64,000 nt of DNA from Candidatus Giovannonibacteria bacterium (GTDB lineage Bacteria > Patescibacteriota > Minisyncoccia > UBA11713 > 2-01-FULL-45-33), in contig JACOXN010000009.1 in assembly GCA_016176295.1 (NCBI GenBank), positions 3,798-67,797 of the forward strand, written 5' to 3'. A program made the position numbers and the translations under genes. This document shows, in pieces, positions 15,672 to 25,526 of this stretch (the stretch's first letter is position 1; every line of letters starts with the position of its first letter). The notes below the pieces were generated by a model. It was given only the letters and a program-made list of their open reading frames with translations, searched no databases and was not told where the DNA came from.

Positions 15672-17486
15672 ATGAATTCAAAAGAACTGCGCCGTAAATT
15701 CCTGGTTTTTTTTGAGAGTAGGGGACACAAAATCGTGCCGTCGTCTTCGCTTATTCCTGATGATCCCTCGGTGCTTTTGACCACGGCCGGGATGCAGCAG
15801 TTCAAGCCGTACTTAACCGGCAAGGCGGATCCGTTTAAAGATTTTGGCAGTAGAAATGTTTTTTCAATCCAAAAAAGTTTCCGTACCACAGACATCGATG
15901 AAGTGGGAGATTTTTCGCATTTGACTTTTTTTGAAATGGTCGGGAATTTTTCTTTCGGTGGCTATTTTAAGGAAACCGCGATTCCGTTGAGTTTTGAATT
16001 TTTAACCTCAGTAATGAGTATTGACCCCAAGAAAATTTTTGTTACCGCATTCAAGGGAGATGAGGAAGTGCCCCGCGACGAAGAAGCCATAACTCTGTGG
16101 CAGGAGCAATTCAAAAAAGTAGGTATGGAGGCAAAGATAGGGGAAAGGATTTATCTGTATGGCCGTGAAAAAAATTGGTGGGAAGCTGGACCTGGACCTG
16201 CCGGACCCGATGCCGAGATGTTTTATGACTTCGACATACCGCATGATACGGCTTTCGGCAAGGAGTGCCATCCAAATTGCGACTGCGGGCGTTTCGTGGA
16301 GATTGGGAACGATGTTTTCGTGCAGTACAACAAAACCAAAGAAAGTAAATATGAACCGCTGGCGCAAAAAGCCATAGACAACGGACGCGGCTTTGAACGG
16401 CTTGTTATGGTTGCGCAGGGAAAGAAAAATATTTTTGAAACAGATCTTTTTGCTCCGTATTTTGAACTTCTGCCCGCAGAACTCGAACTAAGGATCAAAA
16501 GAATAATTGTGGACCATTTGCGGGGGAGCGCTTTTCTTATCTCTGCCGGAGTGCGGACATCCAACAAAGAAGCCGGATATGTGTTGAGACGACTTTTGCG
16601 CAGGGTGTTTGTTTATGAAAAACAGGCAAAATTACCGGACCATCTTTTGAATTCCATTGTCCACGACCTCGTGCATGACTACGGCGAATTTTACGATGAA
16701 CTTTTGAAGAACGCGGATATTATCCGCGAGGAAATAGAGAAAGAGAAAGAAAAATTTTCAAAAACGCTGGAACTGGGTGTGAAAGAATTAAATAAAGCCG
16801 CTGAGTTGGATGCCGCGTCCGCATTTAAATTGTACGAAACTTACGGTGTTCCTTATGAAATTATTAAAGAAATGGGCGGAGAAAGGGCCGTATCTTTGAA
16901 ACGCGAGGATTTTGAAAAAGAATTTGAAAAGCATCAGGAAATTTCCCGCGCCGGAATTGAAAAAAAATTCGGCGGCCACGGACTTATTTTAGACACGGGA
17001 GAATTGAAAGCGGCCAATGAAGAAGAACTGCAAAAGGTAACCCGGCTACACACGGCCACGCACCTGATGCAGGCCGCCTTAAGAAAAGTCTTGGGTGAAG
17101 GAGTTAAACAGGCCGGCTCAGACATAACAGTAGAGCGGACGCGTTTCGATTTTTCTTTTGTAAGGAAACTGACTGACGAAGAATTAAAAAGAGTTGAGGA
17201 ACTCGTCAATTTTGCCGTCAAGCAAAAGTACAGCGTGGATAAAAAAGAGATGCCTTTTGAGGATGCGGTGAAGTCGGGGGCTCTGCATTTTTTCAAGGAA
17301 AAATACCCGCCGGTCGTCAGCGTCTATTCCGTGGGGCATTTCAAGGCTGACCCGCCCGAGGTGTTCTCGCGCGAGCTTTGCGGAGGACCGCACGTGAAAA
17401 ATACCGCCGAAATAGGCAGCTTCAAAATATTGAAACAGGAAGCGGTGGGCTCCGGCCTCCGCCGCATCCGCGCGACGGTTGAATAA
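15672..17486 (+). CDS. alaS: alanyl-tRNA synthetase, short form (604 aa) ending after the editing domain, with no C-Ala domain
   Basis: FFESRGHKIVPSSSLIPDDPSVLLTTAGMQQFKPY. Editing-domain motifs HTATHLMQAAL and CGGPHV. It ends GSGLRRIRATVE. Confidence 0.9.
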   Translation: MNSKELRRKFLVFFESRGHKIVPSSSLIPDDPSVLLTTAGMQQFKPYLTGKADPFKDFGSRNVFSIQKSFRTTDIDEVGDFSHLTFFEMVGNFSFGGYFKETAIPLSFEFLTSVMSIDPKKIFVTAFKGDEEVPRDEEAITLWQEQFKKVGMEAKIGERIYLYGREKNWWEAGPGPAGPDAEMFYDFDIPHDTAFGKECHPNCDCGRFVEIGNDVFVQYNKTKESKYEPLAQKAIDNGRGFERLVMVAQGKKNIFETDLFAPYFELLPAELELRIKRIIVDHLRGSAFLISAGVRTSNKEAGYVLRRLLRRVFVYEKQAKLPDHLLNSIVHDLVHDYGEFYDELLKNADIIREEIEKEKEKFSKTLELGVKELNKAAELDAASAFKLYETYGVPYEIIKEMGGERAVSLKREDFEKEFEKHQEISRAGIEKKFGGHGLILDTGELKAANEEELQKVTRLHTATHLMQAALRKVLGEGVKQAGSDITVERTRFDFSFVRKLTDEELKRVEELVNFAVKQKYSVDKKEMPFEDAVKSGALHFFKEKYPPVVSVYSVGHFKADPPEVFSRELCGGPHVKNTAEIGSFKILKQEAVGSGLRRIRATVE

Positions 17487-17512
17487 ATATGAAAGGCGCC
17501 CGGGGGCTTAGA

Positions 17513-17537
17513 CAAAAAAGACGGCATAATGGCCGTC
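17513..17537 (-). terminator. intrinsic terminator of the 17536..17724 gene
   Basis: GACGGC-loop-GCCGTC stem overlapping the stop codon, followed on the minus strand by TTTTTTG. Confidence 0.55.
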
Positions 17538-17724
17538 AGGGATGCTTTTGTTGAAGATAAACGATATAAGGATTATCGGACGGGGTAATGATTAGTTGAT
17601 CAAACGATAGAGAAGGAAATTCTTTTGCGGCAACCGATAGAATGTCTTGTAGCGAAAGATTCTTTGACGCAATCGAGACAATCGAGATTACCTTCGGGTT
17701 AGCGTTAACGACAGAATAGTGCAT
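17536..17724 (-). CDS. small hypothetical protein (62 aa)
   Basis: ORF with GAGGA upstream of the ATG and its own terminator. I recognise no family. Confidence 0.4.
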   Translation of the reverse strand: MHYSVVNANPKVISIVSIASKNLSLQDILSVAAKEFPSLSFDQLIITPSDNPYIVYLQQKHP

Positions 17725-17831
17725 AAAAACTATCCTCTAGATAAATTCCATAATCTAGTCTAAGTATAGGGTTGTAAAAAAATAACGCAAATCCGCAATA
17801 TTGACCTTGCTTTTGGGCGTCTCCTGTTGCT

Positions 17832-17855
17832 AACCTGAAAGCAGGTTGTTTTTTT
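17832..17855 (+). terminator. terminator-like hairpin immediately upstream of the aminotransferase RBS (possible attenuator)
   Basis: AACCTG-AAAG-CAGGTT followed by a T7 run. It ends ~12 nt before the GGAGG site. Confidence 0.4.
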
Positions 17856-17875
17856 CTATTTTCAACGGAGGCTTT

Positions 17876-19234
17876 ATGGACGAAAAAACTCTGCATTACG
17901 GCCCCAAAACGGACGCATATTACGAAAGATTGCGAAAGGTTTTTTTATGGCCAACAGGGGATGAATCGCGGCCGGTGCTTTCTTTCGGAAAGGGCGCAAG
18001 AGTAACCGACATCGATGGAAACCTTTTTTCTGATTACTCTTCGCAAGTCGGAGTTATAAACACAGGACAATGTCCGGAAAAAGTTATTTCGGCGGTCATT
18101 GAACAGATGAAATATTTGACCGGCGTTTTGACCAATGATTGGCAGTGGCGCTGCCAACACGAAAACGGTTACCTGGCTGGCCAGGAAGTTTCGCCCCTGC
18201 GTCTGGCGGAAGAGTTGGTGCGAATGGCACCGATACCGTGTCCGCAGATGGTTTTTCCGGAAGTTTCCGGAGCCACGTCTGTTGACGCGAGTGGTTACAT
18301 TGCTCTCGCTTCGTTCCTCAAGGAATTGGCACGTGACCCCGAGCGAAAAAAATTCGCCGCATTTCATGGAGCTTTCCATGGCAGGCATGGGCTTGCAAAG
18401 GATATTTCCAGTTCCAAGTCGATACACAAGCTTTTGCATGTGCAGGGCTACGATGTCGCGAGATTGCCGTTTCCGGTACGGGGAACGCCTGGATTGGGAA
18501 TCTATCACGGCTACATGGACCAGGTACGCGCCATCTTGGACAGCGAAGATTACAAAGACCGGATTGCTGCGCTTTTCGTGGAGGTAGTCCAAGGCGAGGG
18601 TGGGGTTAACATTGCCGACTTTAAGGCCATGAGCATGATATACCGTGAAGCGGAATTGCGCGGCATCCGTTTCATTGTGGATGAGATCCAGACTGGCTTC
18701 GGGCGCACGGGGAAAATGTTTGCGAGCGACTATTTGAGTTTTAACCCGGATGCGATTATTTTATCCAAAGCGCTCGGTGCCGGCTTTCCGATAGGCGCCG
18801 TTGTTACGCGAACAGACATCTTGCCGAACGGATTCCCTCATGGCGCTCATTCCGGCACTCTGGGCTGGGCTCCAGTATCAGTGGCCGCAGCATTGGCCAA
18901 CATCCAGATGATCATGGAAGAAAAGTTAGTTGAAAATGCCAGATTGATGGGTGGGTATCTTCTGGAAAGGCTGAAAAAAGTTTTTTGGAAAAACAAGTTT
19001 GGCCGGGAAACCGTCGAGAGGATCGATGGCCTAGGGCTTATGATCGGTGTGCACTTTTATTTTGGAAAATTCGCCGAGCAAGTTGTAAGAGCTGCAGCGG
19101 CCCAAAAACCGGGGTTAATCCTTATAGGCGCGGGTATAAACACTATTCGCTTCATGCCGCCTCTCACGGTAACCCAGGCCGAAATCGATGCGGATATGGA
19201 AGTACTCAAAAGAGCCTTAGATACCCTGAGTTAA
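17876..19234 (+). CDS. class-III (omega) PLP-dependent aminotransferase (ornithine/acetylornithine/GABA-AT-like)
   Basis: DEIQTGFGRTGKMFA and LSKALGAGFPIGAV (PLP Lys). GGAGG lies 5 nt before ATG 17876. Confidence 0.8.
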   Translation: MDEKTLHYGPKTDAYYERLRKVFLWPTGDESRPVLSFGKGARVTDIDGNLFSDYSSQVGVINTGQCPEKVISAVIEQMKYLTGVLTNDWQWRCQHENGYLAGQEVSPLRLAEELVRMAPIPCPQMVFPEVSGATSVDASGYIALASFLKELARDPERKKFAAFHGAFHGRHGLAKDISSSKSIHKLLHVQGYDVARLPFPVRGTPGLGIYHGYMDQVRAILDSEDYKDRIAALFVEVVQGEGGVNIADFKAMSMIYREAELRGIRFIVDEIQTGFGRTGKMFASDYLSFNPDAIILSKALGAGFPIGAVVTRTDILPNGFPHGAHSGTLGWAPVSVAAALANIQMIMEEKLVENARLMGGYLLERLKKVFWKNKFGRETVERIDGLGLMIGVHFYFGKFAEQVVRAAAAQKPGLILIGAGINTIRFMPPLTVTQAEIDADMEVLKRALDTLS

Positions 19235-19299
19235 CACTTGGGGTTTTTTTATCCCCGTATTTTCTTTTGGCGGGGGAGTTTTTGACTTATAATATAATC

Positions 19300-20439
19300 A
19301 TGTTGAATTTTTTGACTTCGCGAACAAGCTTTGCAGGAACAAAATTACTTGCCATAGACGTAGGCACCGCCTCACTCTCGGCGGTCTTGGCTGCCGAAGA
19401 ACACGGTGGGAAGCTCAAGATATCGAAAGTTTTCCGCTTTCCTTTCAACCTGCTTATCGAAGGCCCGAAAAAACAAAGCGCCAATGCAGTTCTTTCGAAC
19501 CTAAAAAAAGTTTTTGCGGAGGCGGCGAGAGCCGAGCCGGAAGTTAAAAAGATACTCATAAGTTTTTCAGACCCTTTAGTTTCCGAGCGCGCTTTGCGGC
19601 ATATTGTCGAGCGTAAACCGCCGTTCACTCCGATATCTGAATCTGAAATAAAATTTGCTATCGACGAAGCGGCCGGAAAGCTTTCGTCTGAGAACCCGTC
19701 CCTGGTTGCCGCCAAAAAAGAAATACTCGGCGCATCTGTCAATGGTTACGCGGTCACGAGCCCGGTTAATTACCGCGGCAAATTTTTTGGGATAAACGTT
19801 CTTTTTACTTTTATCTCGGAGCTTTTAAAGAAACAGGCGGACGAAGCGCGCGAACACTTTTATCCGGCTGCCGGATTATGTTTTTTTTCCGATGCCAGAG
19901 TGGTCTTCAACACGTTGAAAGGCACCCAAAACCTATCCGAGCCGCTGGTTCTCGCGGACATCGGGGGAGAGGTCACTTCCGTTTTCCATGTGAGCGGCGA
20001 CGAACTCCGTCAGGCGGAGCCCGTCGCTTTCGGTGTAAGGACTCTGGAGCGCAGAGCCTCGGTCTTCTTTAAGACCGATTTTTCTGAAGCCGAGTCTATT
20101 TTAAAAAAACATTTGGCCGGCACTTTGGACACTGCTCTTGAGGAAAAAGCGGCCCGCTTCCTGGATTCCGCTCTGGAAGATTGGAGAGTCGAATTAAAAA
20201 AACACATCGATTTCTTTGGGGAAAAAACAAAGAAAATAATGCTGACGGGCGGAGGAGGCGACCTTTTGGTTTTTACAGATGCCGTAAAAAAAGAATTCGG
20301 AGCGGTCATGCCGGAAACCGGGATTCAATCGCTTAAAGCCGAGGCTTTAAAAGATCATTTCGTTTCTCTGGAGAATTTAAGCGGCGGGAAAGACGTTATT
20401 TTAGCGTCACTTTTATCATATTGCCGCGATATATGCTAA
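19300..20439 (+). CDS. pilM: actin-like ATPase, type IV pilus assembly protein PilM-like
   Basis: LLAIDVGTASLSAVL phosphate-1 motif. It is the first gene of the pilus cluster. I discarded the upstream part of ORF 18985..20439, which overlaps the aminotransferase. Confidence 0.6.
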   Translation: MLNFLTSRTSFAGTKLLAIDVGTASLSAVLAAEEHGGKLKISKVFRFPFNLLIEGPKKQSANAVLSNLKKVFAEAARAEPEVKKILISFSDPLVSERALRHIVERKPPFTPISESEIKFAIDEAAGKLSSENPSLVAAKKEILGASVNGYAVTSPVNYRGKFFGINVLFTFISELLKKQADEAREHFYPAAGLCFFSDARVVFNTLKGTQNLSEPLVLADIGGEVTSVFHVSGDELRQAEPVAFGVRTLERRASVFFKTDFSEAESILKKHLAGTLDTALEEKAARFLDSALEDWRVELKKHIDFFGEKTKKIMLTGGGGDLLVFTDAVKKEFGAVMPETGIQSLKAEALKDHFVSLENLSGGKDVILASLLSYCRDIC

Positions 20440-20448
20440 AATAATAAT

Positions 20449-22158
20449 ATGGCAAAAGGAATTTTAGATGTTTTGGTAACCAACGGAGTCCTTCAGTTAA
20501 AAGATGCGTCCGATATAAAACGAGAAGCCAAACGAAAAAACCTTTCGTTCGAAGACGAGCTTATTTCGCGCGGAATTGACGAACTTGTGATTATGAAAGC
20601 GAAAAGTGAAGCTCTGGGCATTCCACTTTTTATTTTAGGGAGCCGCAAAGTCCCTTTCGACCTGCTTAAACTTGTTCCCGAAGAATCGGCCCGGCACTAT
20701 CAATTCGTTCCCGTGGGCATAGAAAACGGAACGGTATCCATCGGCATCGTGGATCCCGACAACATAGAATCTAAAGAAGCGATGAAATTTATTATCTCGA
20801 GGCTGAACCGTCCGTTTAAATTGGTTTTACTTTCTCCTCATGATTTTGGCTCCGTGCTTGAAGAATATAAGGGGGTTTCCGGCGAAGTTAACAAAGTTTT
20901 GGGCGAACTCGAATCGGCTTTGGCGGATGAGGCGAGCGCGGTGCCGGAGATACAGGCGCAGGCCGCGCCGGAAGTCGAGGATGCGCCAATAACAAAAATG
21001 GTGGCGGTTATGCTCAGGCACGCCACGGAAGGAAAAGCTTCGGATATTCATATCGAGCCCACGAGGGACAGTCTTCGCGTCAGATTCAGGGTTGACGGAG
21101 TTTTGCATACGAGCCTTATTTTACCGCTTAAAGTCCACGATTCAATAATTTCCAGGGTGAAAATATTGACCAACATGCAGTTGGATGAAAAACGTAAGCC
21201 GCAGGACGGCCGCTTTTCCGCTCGAATAGATGAAAAAGAAGTTGACTTTCGTGTTTCCACTTTTCCGACGTATTTCGGCGAAAAAGTGGCCATTCGTATT
21301 TTGGACTCGGAGTCCGGCGTAAAAGATTTGAAAGATCTCGATCTAGAAGAGTACAATTCTGGGCAGTTAAAGCAGGCGTTGGACAAACCTTACGGGCTTA
21401 TTTTGATAACCGGCCCCACAGGTTCCGGGAAATCAACTTCGCTTTATGCGATGTTGAAGGAAGTGAACGAAGAAGGAAGCAATATCGTAAGTTTGGAAGA
21501 TCCGGTCGAGTATGCCATTGAAGGTATCAACCAGTCACAAGTGCGTCCTGAGATCGGCTATGACTTCGCGCAGGGGATCAGGCATATTTTGCGGCAGGAC
21601 CCGGATATCATGATGGTGGGAGAGATACGCGACCGGGAAACCGCAAAACTTGCCATTCACGCGGCGCTCACCGGTCACTTGGTTTTTTCCACTTTGCACA
21701 CCAACAATGCCGCAGGCGTAATACCGCGATTAATAGACATGGGGGTGGATCCGTATCTTATCGCCCCCACGCTTGTCATGGCGATGGGGCAGAGGCTTGT
21801 TAGAAATCTTTGCGAAGAGTCGCGCGAAGCGGTCCCCGTGGAGGGGCAATTGAAAGAAAGGCTGCTCGAAGAGATAGCGGCAATGCCCGAATCCGTTGCC
21901 AAGAATATTCAGCTTCCGGACCACATTTATAAAGCCAAGTCTACTGTGGAGTGCCCCAAAGGGACCCGCGGACGTTCGGCAGTGGTGGAGATGATGACGA
22001 TGAACCCGGAACTTTCCCAGCTCGTTCTTACGCGTCCCACGGAAAAAATAATCATGGATGAAATGAGGAAGCGCGGCATGATATCTATGCACCAGGACGG
22101 CATCATGAAAGTTTTGAAAGGGAAGATCGGCCTCGAAGAACTTCTGGAGGTAATATAA
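20449..22158 (+). CDS. pilB: type IV pilus assembly ATPase PilB (GspE family)
   Basis: Walker A GPTGSGKSTSLYAML, Asp box, His box LTGHLVFSTLHTNNA and N-terminal GSPII-type domains. Confidence 0.9.
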   Translation: MAKGILDVLVTNGVLQLKDASDIKREAKRKNLSFEDELISRGIDELVIMKAKSEALGIPLFILGSRKVPFDLLKLVPEESARHYQFVPVGIENGTVSIGIVDPDNIESKEAMKFIISRLNRPFKLVLLSPHDFGSVLEEYKGVSGEVNKVLGELESALADEASAVPEIQAQAAPEVEDAPITKMVAVMLRHATEGKASDIHIEPTRDSLRVRFRVDGVLHTSLILPLKVHDSIISRVKILTNMQLDEKRKPQDGRFSARIDEKEVDFRVSTFPTYFGEKVAIRILDSESGVKDLKDLDLEEYNSGQLKQALDKPYGLILITGPTGSGKSTSLYAMLKEVNEEGSNIVSLEDPVEYAIEGINQSQVRPEIGYDFAQGIRHILRQDPDIMMVGEIRDRETAKLAIHAALTGHLVFSTLHTNNAAGVIPRLIDMGVDPYLIAPTLVMAMGQRLVRNLCEESREAVPVEGQLKERLLEEIAAMPESVAKNIQLPDHIYKAKSTVECPKGTRGRSAVVEMMTMNPELSQLVLTRPTEKIIMDEMRKRGMISMHQDGIMKVLKGKIGLEELLEVI

Positions 22159-22162
22159 AAAA

Positions 22163-22603
22163 ATGAATGGAACAAAAAAAGGATTTACTTTGATCGAACT
22201 TATGGTGGTGGTTGCCATTATCGCTTTTATAGCGGCCGCGGCTTTAGCTTTTATGTCCACCCCGCGCGCGCGGTCCAGGGATGCAAGGCGCGAAGAAGAT
22301 TTAAAGCAGATACAGAACGCTCTTAGTCTTTATATCAGTAATGTGGGGACTTATCCCGTTTGTGCCACGGAAACCGTTGTGAACGGGACGAGTGACTGTT
22401 TATCGGCGGCGCTTCGAGCGGAAAAAACCATCCCTGTAACTCCCACGGATCCCAAGAATATCATCGGTTCCTGTGGCGACGCGAATATTTACATATATTG
22501 CTACCAATCATTGCTTAATGGACAATCCTTCCAGCTTCGATATGATCTGGAAACCGACGCAGTACCCAATAAATCACCGGGCTGGCAGACCTTTACGCCA
22601 TAG
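22163..22603 (+). CDS. type IV pilin / pseudopilin
   Basis: Class III signal KKGFTLIELMVVVAII (G-1, F+1, E+5). Confidence 0.85.
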   Translation: MNGTKKGFTLIELMVVVAIIAFIAAAALAFMSTPRARSRDARREEDLKQIQNALSLYISNVGTYPVCATETVVNGTSDCLSAALRAEKTIPVTPTDPKNIIGSCGDANIYIYCYQSLLNGQSFQLRYDLETDAVPNKSPGWQTFTP

Positions 22604-22605
22604 TG

Positions 22606-22614
22606 TGCTAATAT
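22606..22614 (+). promoter_or_regulatory. extended -10 box (TGcTAATAT) 6 nt upstream of the REC start codon
   Basis: TGCTAATAT attctt ATG. Confidence 0.45.
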
Positions 22615-22620
22615 ATTCTT

Positions 22621-23001
22621 ATGAAAGGGAAAAAAGTTTTGATCGTCGATGATGATGAGTTTTTGCTGGATATGTACGTCTTGAAGTTCAGGGAAGCGGG
22701 TTTTGAAGTGGAGATCGCCAGGAACGGAGAGGAGGCGGTTGAAAAAGCGGAATCATTAAATCCAGACATAATTTTATTGGACGTTGTCATGCCGAAAACG
22801 GACGGTTTCGACGTTTTGCGGGCGCTCAAGAAAAAAAATGTGGCCCAAAAAGCGCTTCTGTTTCTGCTTACGAATTTAGGACAGAAAGAAGATATTGAAA
22901 GAGGCATGAAATTAGGCGCCAATGATTACATCGTGAAAGCCCATTTTACTCCGTCGGAGGTAGTGGCTAAAGTTAACAGTTACATAGAGAAAACAAAATA
23001 A
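22621..23001 (+). CDS. stand-alone response-regulator receiver (CheY/PilH-like)
   Basis: VLIVDDDEF...DIILLDVVMPKTDGFDVL...KLGANDYIVK. Confidence 0.85.
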   Translation: MKGKKVLIVDDDEFLLDMYVLKFREAGFEVEIARNGEEAVEKAESLNPDIILLDVVMPKTDGFDVLRALKKKNVAQKALLFLLTNLGQKEDIERGMKLGANDYIVKAHFTPSEVVAKVNSYIEKTK

Positions 23002-23002
23002 C

Positions 23003-24070
23003 ATGGACTACGGAAAAATGCTTGATGAATTAATAACCAACGTGGCGGAATCCAACGCATCTGACCTGCATATTTCCGTCGGCCGCCATCCGATGCTCAG
23101 AGTTTCGGGCCAGCTTATTTCATTGAACAAAAAATCCATTCTGACCCCGGAAGACACGGCCGGGCTCGTGGCCTCGATGATAACCAAAGAGGAGTACGAG
23201 AAATTTTTGAATGAAAAAGAGCTCGACTTTTCTTATTCGTATAAAGACAAGGTCCGCTTTAGGGTCAATGCTTACTATCAAAAGGGGTACATTGGCGTGG
23301 CGATGAGGCTGATTCCGGTTAACATTAAAAAATTTGAGGAATTGGCCCTGCCGCCGGTTTTGCAGGAATTCGCGATGAAAGAACAGGGTTTCTTCCTAGT
23401 CGTAGGGCCGACCGGGCACGGAAAATCCACGACTTTGGCCTCGCTTGTGGACGTCATAAATCATACGCGCACCGAGCGGATAATTACCATTGAAGACCCG
23501 ATGGAATATATTTTCACGCCTGACCGTTCCATGGTGGACCAGCGCGAGATAGGCGGGGACACCAAAGATTTCACTACGGCTTTAAGGTCGGTCTTCCGGC
23601 AGGACGTGAACGTCATCATGATCGGGGAAATGCGCGACCACGAAACAATGGCCGCTGCCGTTACCGCCGCAGAAACCGGCCACATGGTTTTTTCGTCGCT
23701 TCACACAAATAACGCAGCTCAGACCATCGATCGCATAATCGACTCTTTCCCGGCGGCGCAGCAGGGACAGATAAGAGCGCAGCTTTCCAACACTTTGGTA
23801 GGTATTTTTTCACAGCGGCTTCTTCCGCGCATTTCTGGAGGCCTTGTTCCGGCTTATGAACTTTTGATATCAAATTCCGCGGTGCGTAATCTCATCCGCG
23901 AAAATAAAGTGCATGAGCTTGACTTGGTTATCGAGACTGGTTCTGATTCGGGAATGGTGAGCTTCAACCGTTCTTTGGTGGACCTCGTCAGGAGAGGAGA
24001 AATTACGATGGAAAACGCCCTCGCATTCTCCTTGAATCCCAAAGAACTGCGCTCAATGGCAGGTTATTGA
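23003..24070 (+). CDS. pilT: type IV pilus retraction ATPase PilT
   Basis: ASDLHISVG, Walker A GPTGHGKSTTL, ETGHMVFSSLHTNNA and the AIRNLIRE-like motif SAVRNLIRENK. Confidence 0.9.
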   Translation: MDYGKMLDELITNVAESNASDLHISVGRHPMLRVSGQLISLNKKSILTPEDTAGLVASMITKEEYEKFLNEKELDFSYSYKDKVRFRVNAYYQKGYIGVAMRLIPVNIKKFEELALPPVLQEFAMKEQGFFLVVGPTGHGKSTTLASLVDVINHTRTERIITIEDPMEYIFTPDRSMVDQREIGGDTKDFTTALRSVFRQDVNVIMIGEMRDHETMAAAVTAAETGHMVFSSLHTNNAAQTIDRIIDSFPAAQQGQIRAQLSNTLVGIFSQRLLPRISGGLVPAYELLISNSAVRNLIRENKVHELDLVIETGSDSGMVSFNRSLVDLVRRGEITMENALAFSLNPKELRSMAGY

Positions 24071-24125
24071 TCGGCCTAAATTCGAACTGTGAACAACTTT
24101 GCGGCAATTTTACCGTATTTTGTCG

Positions 24126-24131
24126 TATAAT
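24126..24131 (+). promoter_or_regulatory. -10 box TATAAT 6 nt upstream of the pilC ATG
   Basis: TATAAT ttagtc ATG. Confidence 0.45.
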
Positions 24132-24137
24132 TTAGTC

Positions 24138-25355
24138 ATGCCGCAATTTAGCTATAAAGCTCGTACATCGGAAGGAGAAGAGACCCACGGAGTTGTGGAC
24201 GCAGCAACCGTCGACCTTGCCGTTTCGTCCCTCCAGAGGAAAAACTTTCTTGTGACCGAGATTGAGCCGATGGATGAGCCGGTGGGTTTGGGGAAGGCCG
24301 TAAAGGCTCTGAACCCTTTCGAGCGCGTCAAGCAGGAAGATGTAGTCATTATTTCGCGGCAGCTCTCAACTCTTTTTGAGGCTAAAGTGCCGGTCGTGGA
24401 GTCAATGAAAATAATAGTCAATGAAACGCAAAAAGGCGTTTTGCGAAAGCATTTCATCGGTCTTTTGGACGATATCCAGGGAGGCCTTTCGATGTCGCAG
24501 GCGATGGACCGGCATCCGGAAGTTTTCTCAAAATTTTACGTTGCGATGGTGAGGTCCGGGGAAGAATCGGGACGCCTTGAAGAAGTTTTCAAATATTTGG
24601 CTGATTATCTGGAACATTCCTATGAGTTGACAAGCAAAGCTAAGAACGCGCTGATCTATCCCGTTTTCGTGCTTTTGGCTTTCGTCGGGGTCATTGTGCT
24701 TATGATGACAACAGTCATTCCGCGGCTTTCCACGATATTGACGGAGGCCGGGCAGGAATTGCCTTTTTACACCAAAGTTGTCATTGGGATGTCTAATTTT
24801 CTGAGGAACTTCGGTGTTATCCTTTTGATTTTGCTTGCGGTGGGGGTCGTGATGGCTGTCCAATATTCCAGAACCAAAGCCGGAAAGGAGTATTTTTCGC
24901 GCCTGCTATTGGCCATTCCGGTCATTGGAGGGCTTTTCCGCAAGATATATCTTGCGCGGATATCGGACAATCTGCACACACTTTTGTCGGGGGGGATAAC
25001 GGTCGTGAGATCTCTAGAGATCTCGGCTGACGTTGTGGGTAACGAGGTTTACCGCAAAATTCTTCTTGAAGCCATGGAAGGCGTGAGAGGCGGAAGCACG
25101 ATATCGGACGCATTCGCACGTTACGAGGATATTCCTCCTTTGTTTACCCAAATGGTCAAAGTAGGCGAGGAAGCCGGAAGACTGGAGAATATTTTGAACA
25201 GTTTGTCGGGTTTTTACATGCGGGATGTGGATAATCTGATAAGCAACCTTGTGAGCCTTATTGAACCTATGCTTATCGTGGGCTTAGGCTTGGGAGTGGG
25301 ATTTTTGGTTGCATCGGTGCTTTTGCCGATTTACAACCTGGCAAGCGCATTTTAG
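24138..25355 (+). CDS. pilC: type IV pilus platform protein PilC (GspF family)
   Basis: Two GspF repeats (SRQLSTLFEAKVPV... and ISDNLHTLLSGGITV...) and three TM segments. I set the start at ATG 24138 (MPQFSYKA). Confidence 0.88.
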   Translation: MPQFSYKARTSEGEETHGVVDAATVDLAVSSLQRKNFLVTEIEPMDEPVGLGKAVKALNPFERVKQEDVVIISRQLSTLFEAKVPVVESMKIIVNETQKGVLRKHFIGLLDDIQGGLSMSQAMDRHPEVFSKFYVAMVRSGEESGRLEEVFKYLADYLEHSYELTSKAKNALIYPVFVLLAFVGVIVLMMTTVIPRLSTILTEAGQELPFYTKVVIGMSNFLRNFGVILLILLAVGVVMAVQYSRTKAGKEYFSRLLLAIPVIGGLFRKIYLARISDNLHTLLSGGITVVRSLEISADVVGNEVYRKILLEAMEGVRGGSTISDAFARYEDIPPLFTQMVKVGEEAGRLENILNSLSGFYMRDVDNLISNLVSLIEPMLIVGLGLGVGFLVASVLLPIYNLASAF

Positions 25356-25395
25356 CTGCTTTGCCGCGCCGAAGTCTTGGCGAAGGCGGGTGTGG

Positions 25396-25422
25396 ATAAA
25401 GCCATTTAGCTTTATTTTTTTT
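25396..25422 (+). terminator. intrinsic terminator after pilC
   Basis: ATAAAGC-CATTTA-GCTTTAT followed by a T8 run. Confidence 0.65.
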
Positions 25423-25526
25423 AGGACTATAATGAAATGAACAACGTTATGCCATTTAAAGCATAAGTAAATCAAGGTCGAATCTGTTTTATTAAATTTT
25501 TATCAGCTTAAAAATTTAACACACAA

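Noticed and set aside
18985-19299. The long N-terminal extension of the pilM ORF (the track gives 18985..20439).
   Set aside because: The extension lies inside the aminotransferase CDS in another frame and translates to Arg/Gly/Pro-rich junk. The PilM-like sequence begins at ATG 19300, which has a TATAAT-N6 upstream.
22146-22162. Whether the first pilin gene is leaderless or SD-led.
   Set aside because: This is not resolved. A GGAGG lies 12 nt before the ATG and a TAATAT-N6 also fits. I kept it in the leaderless list only as an ambiguous case.
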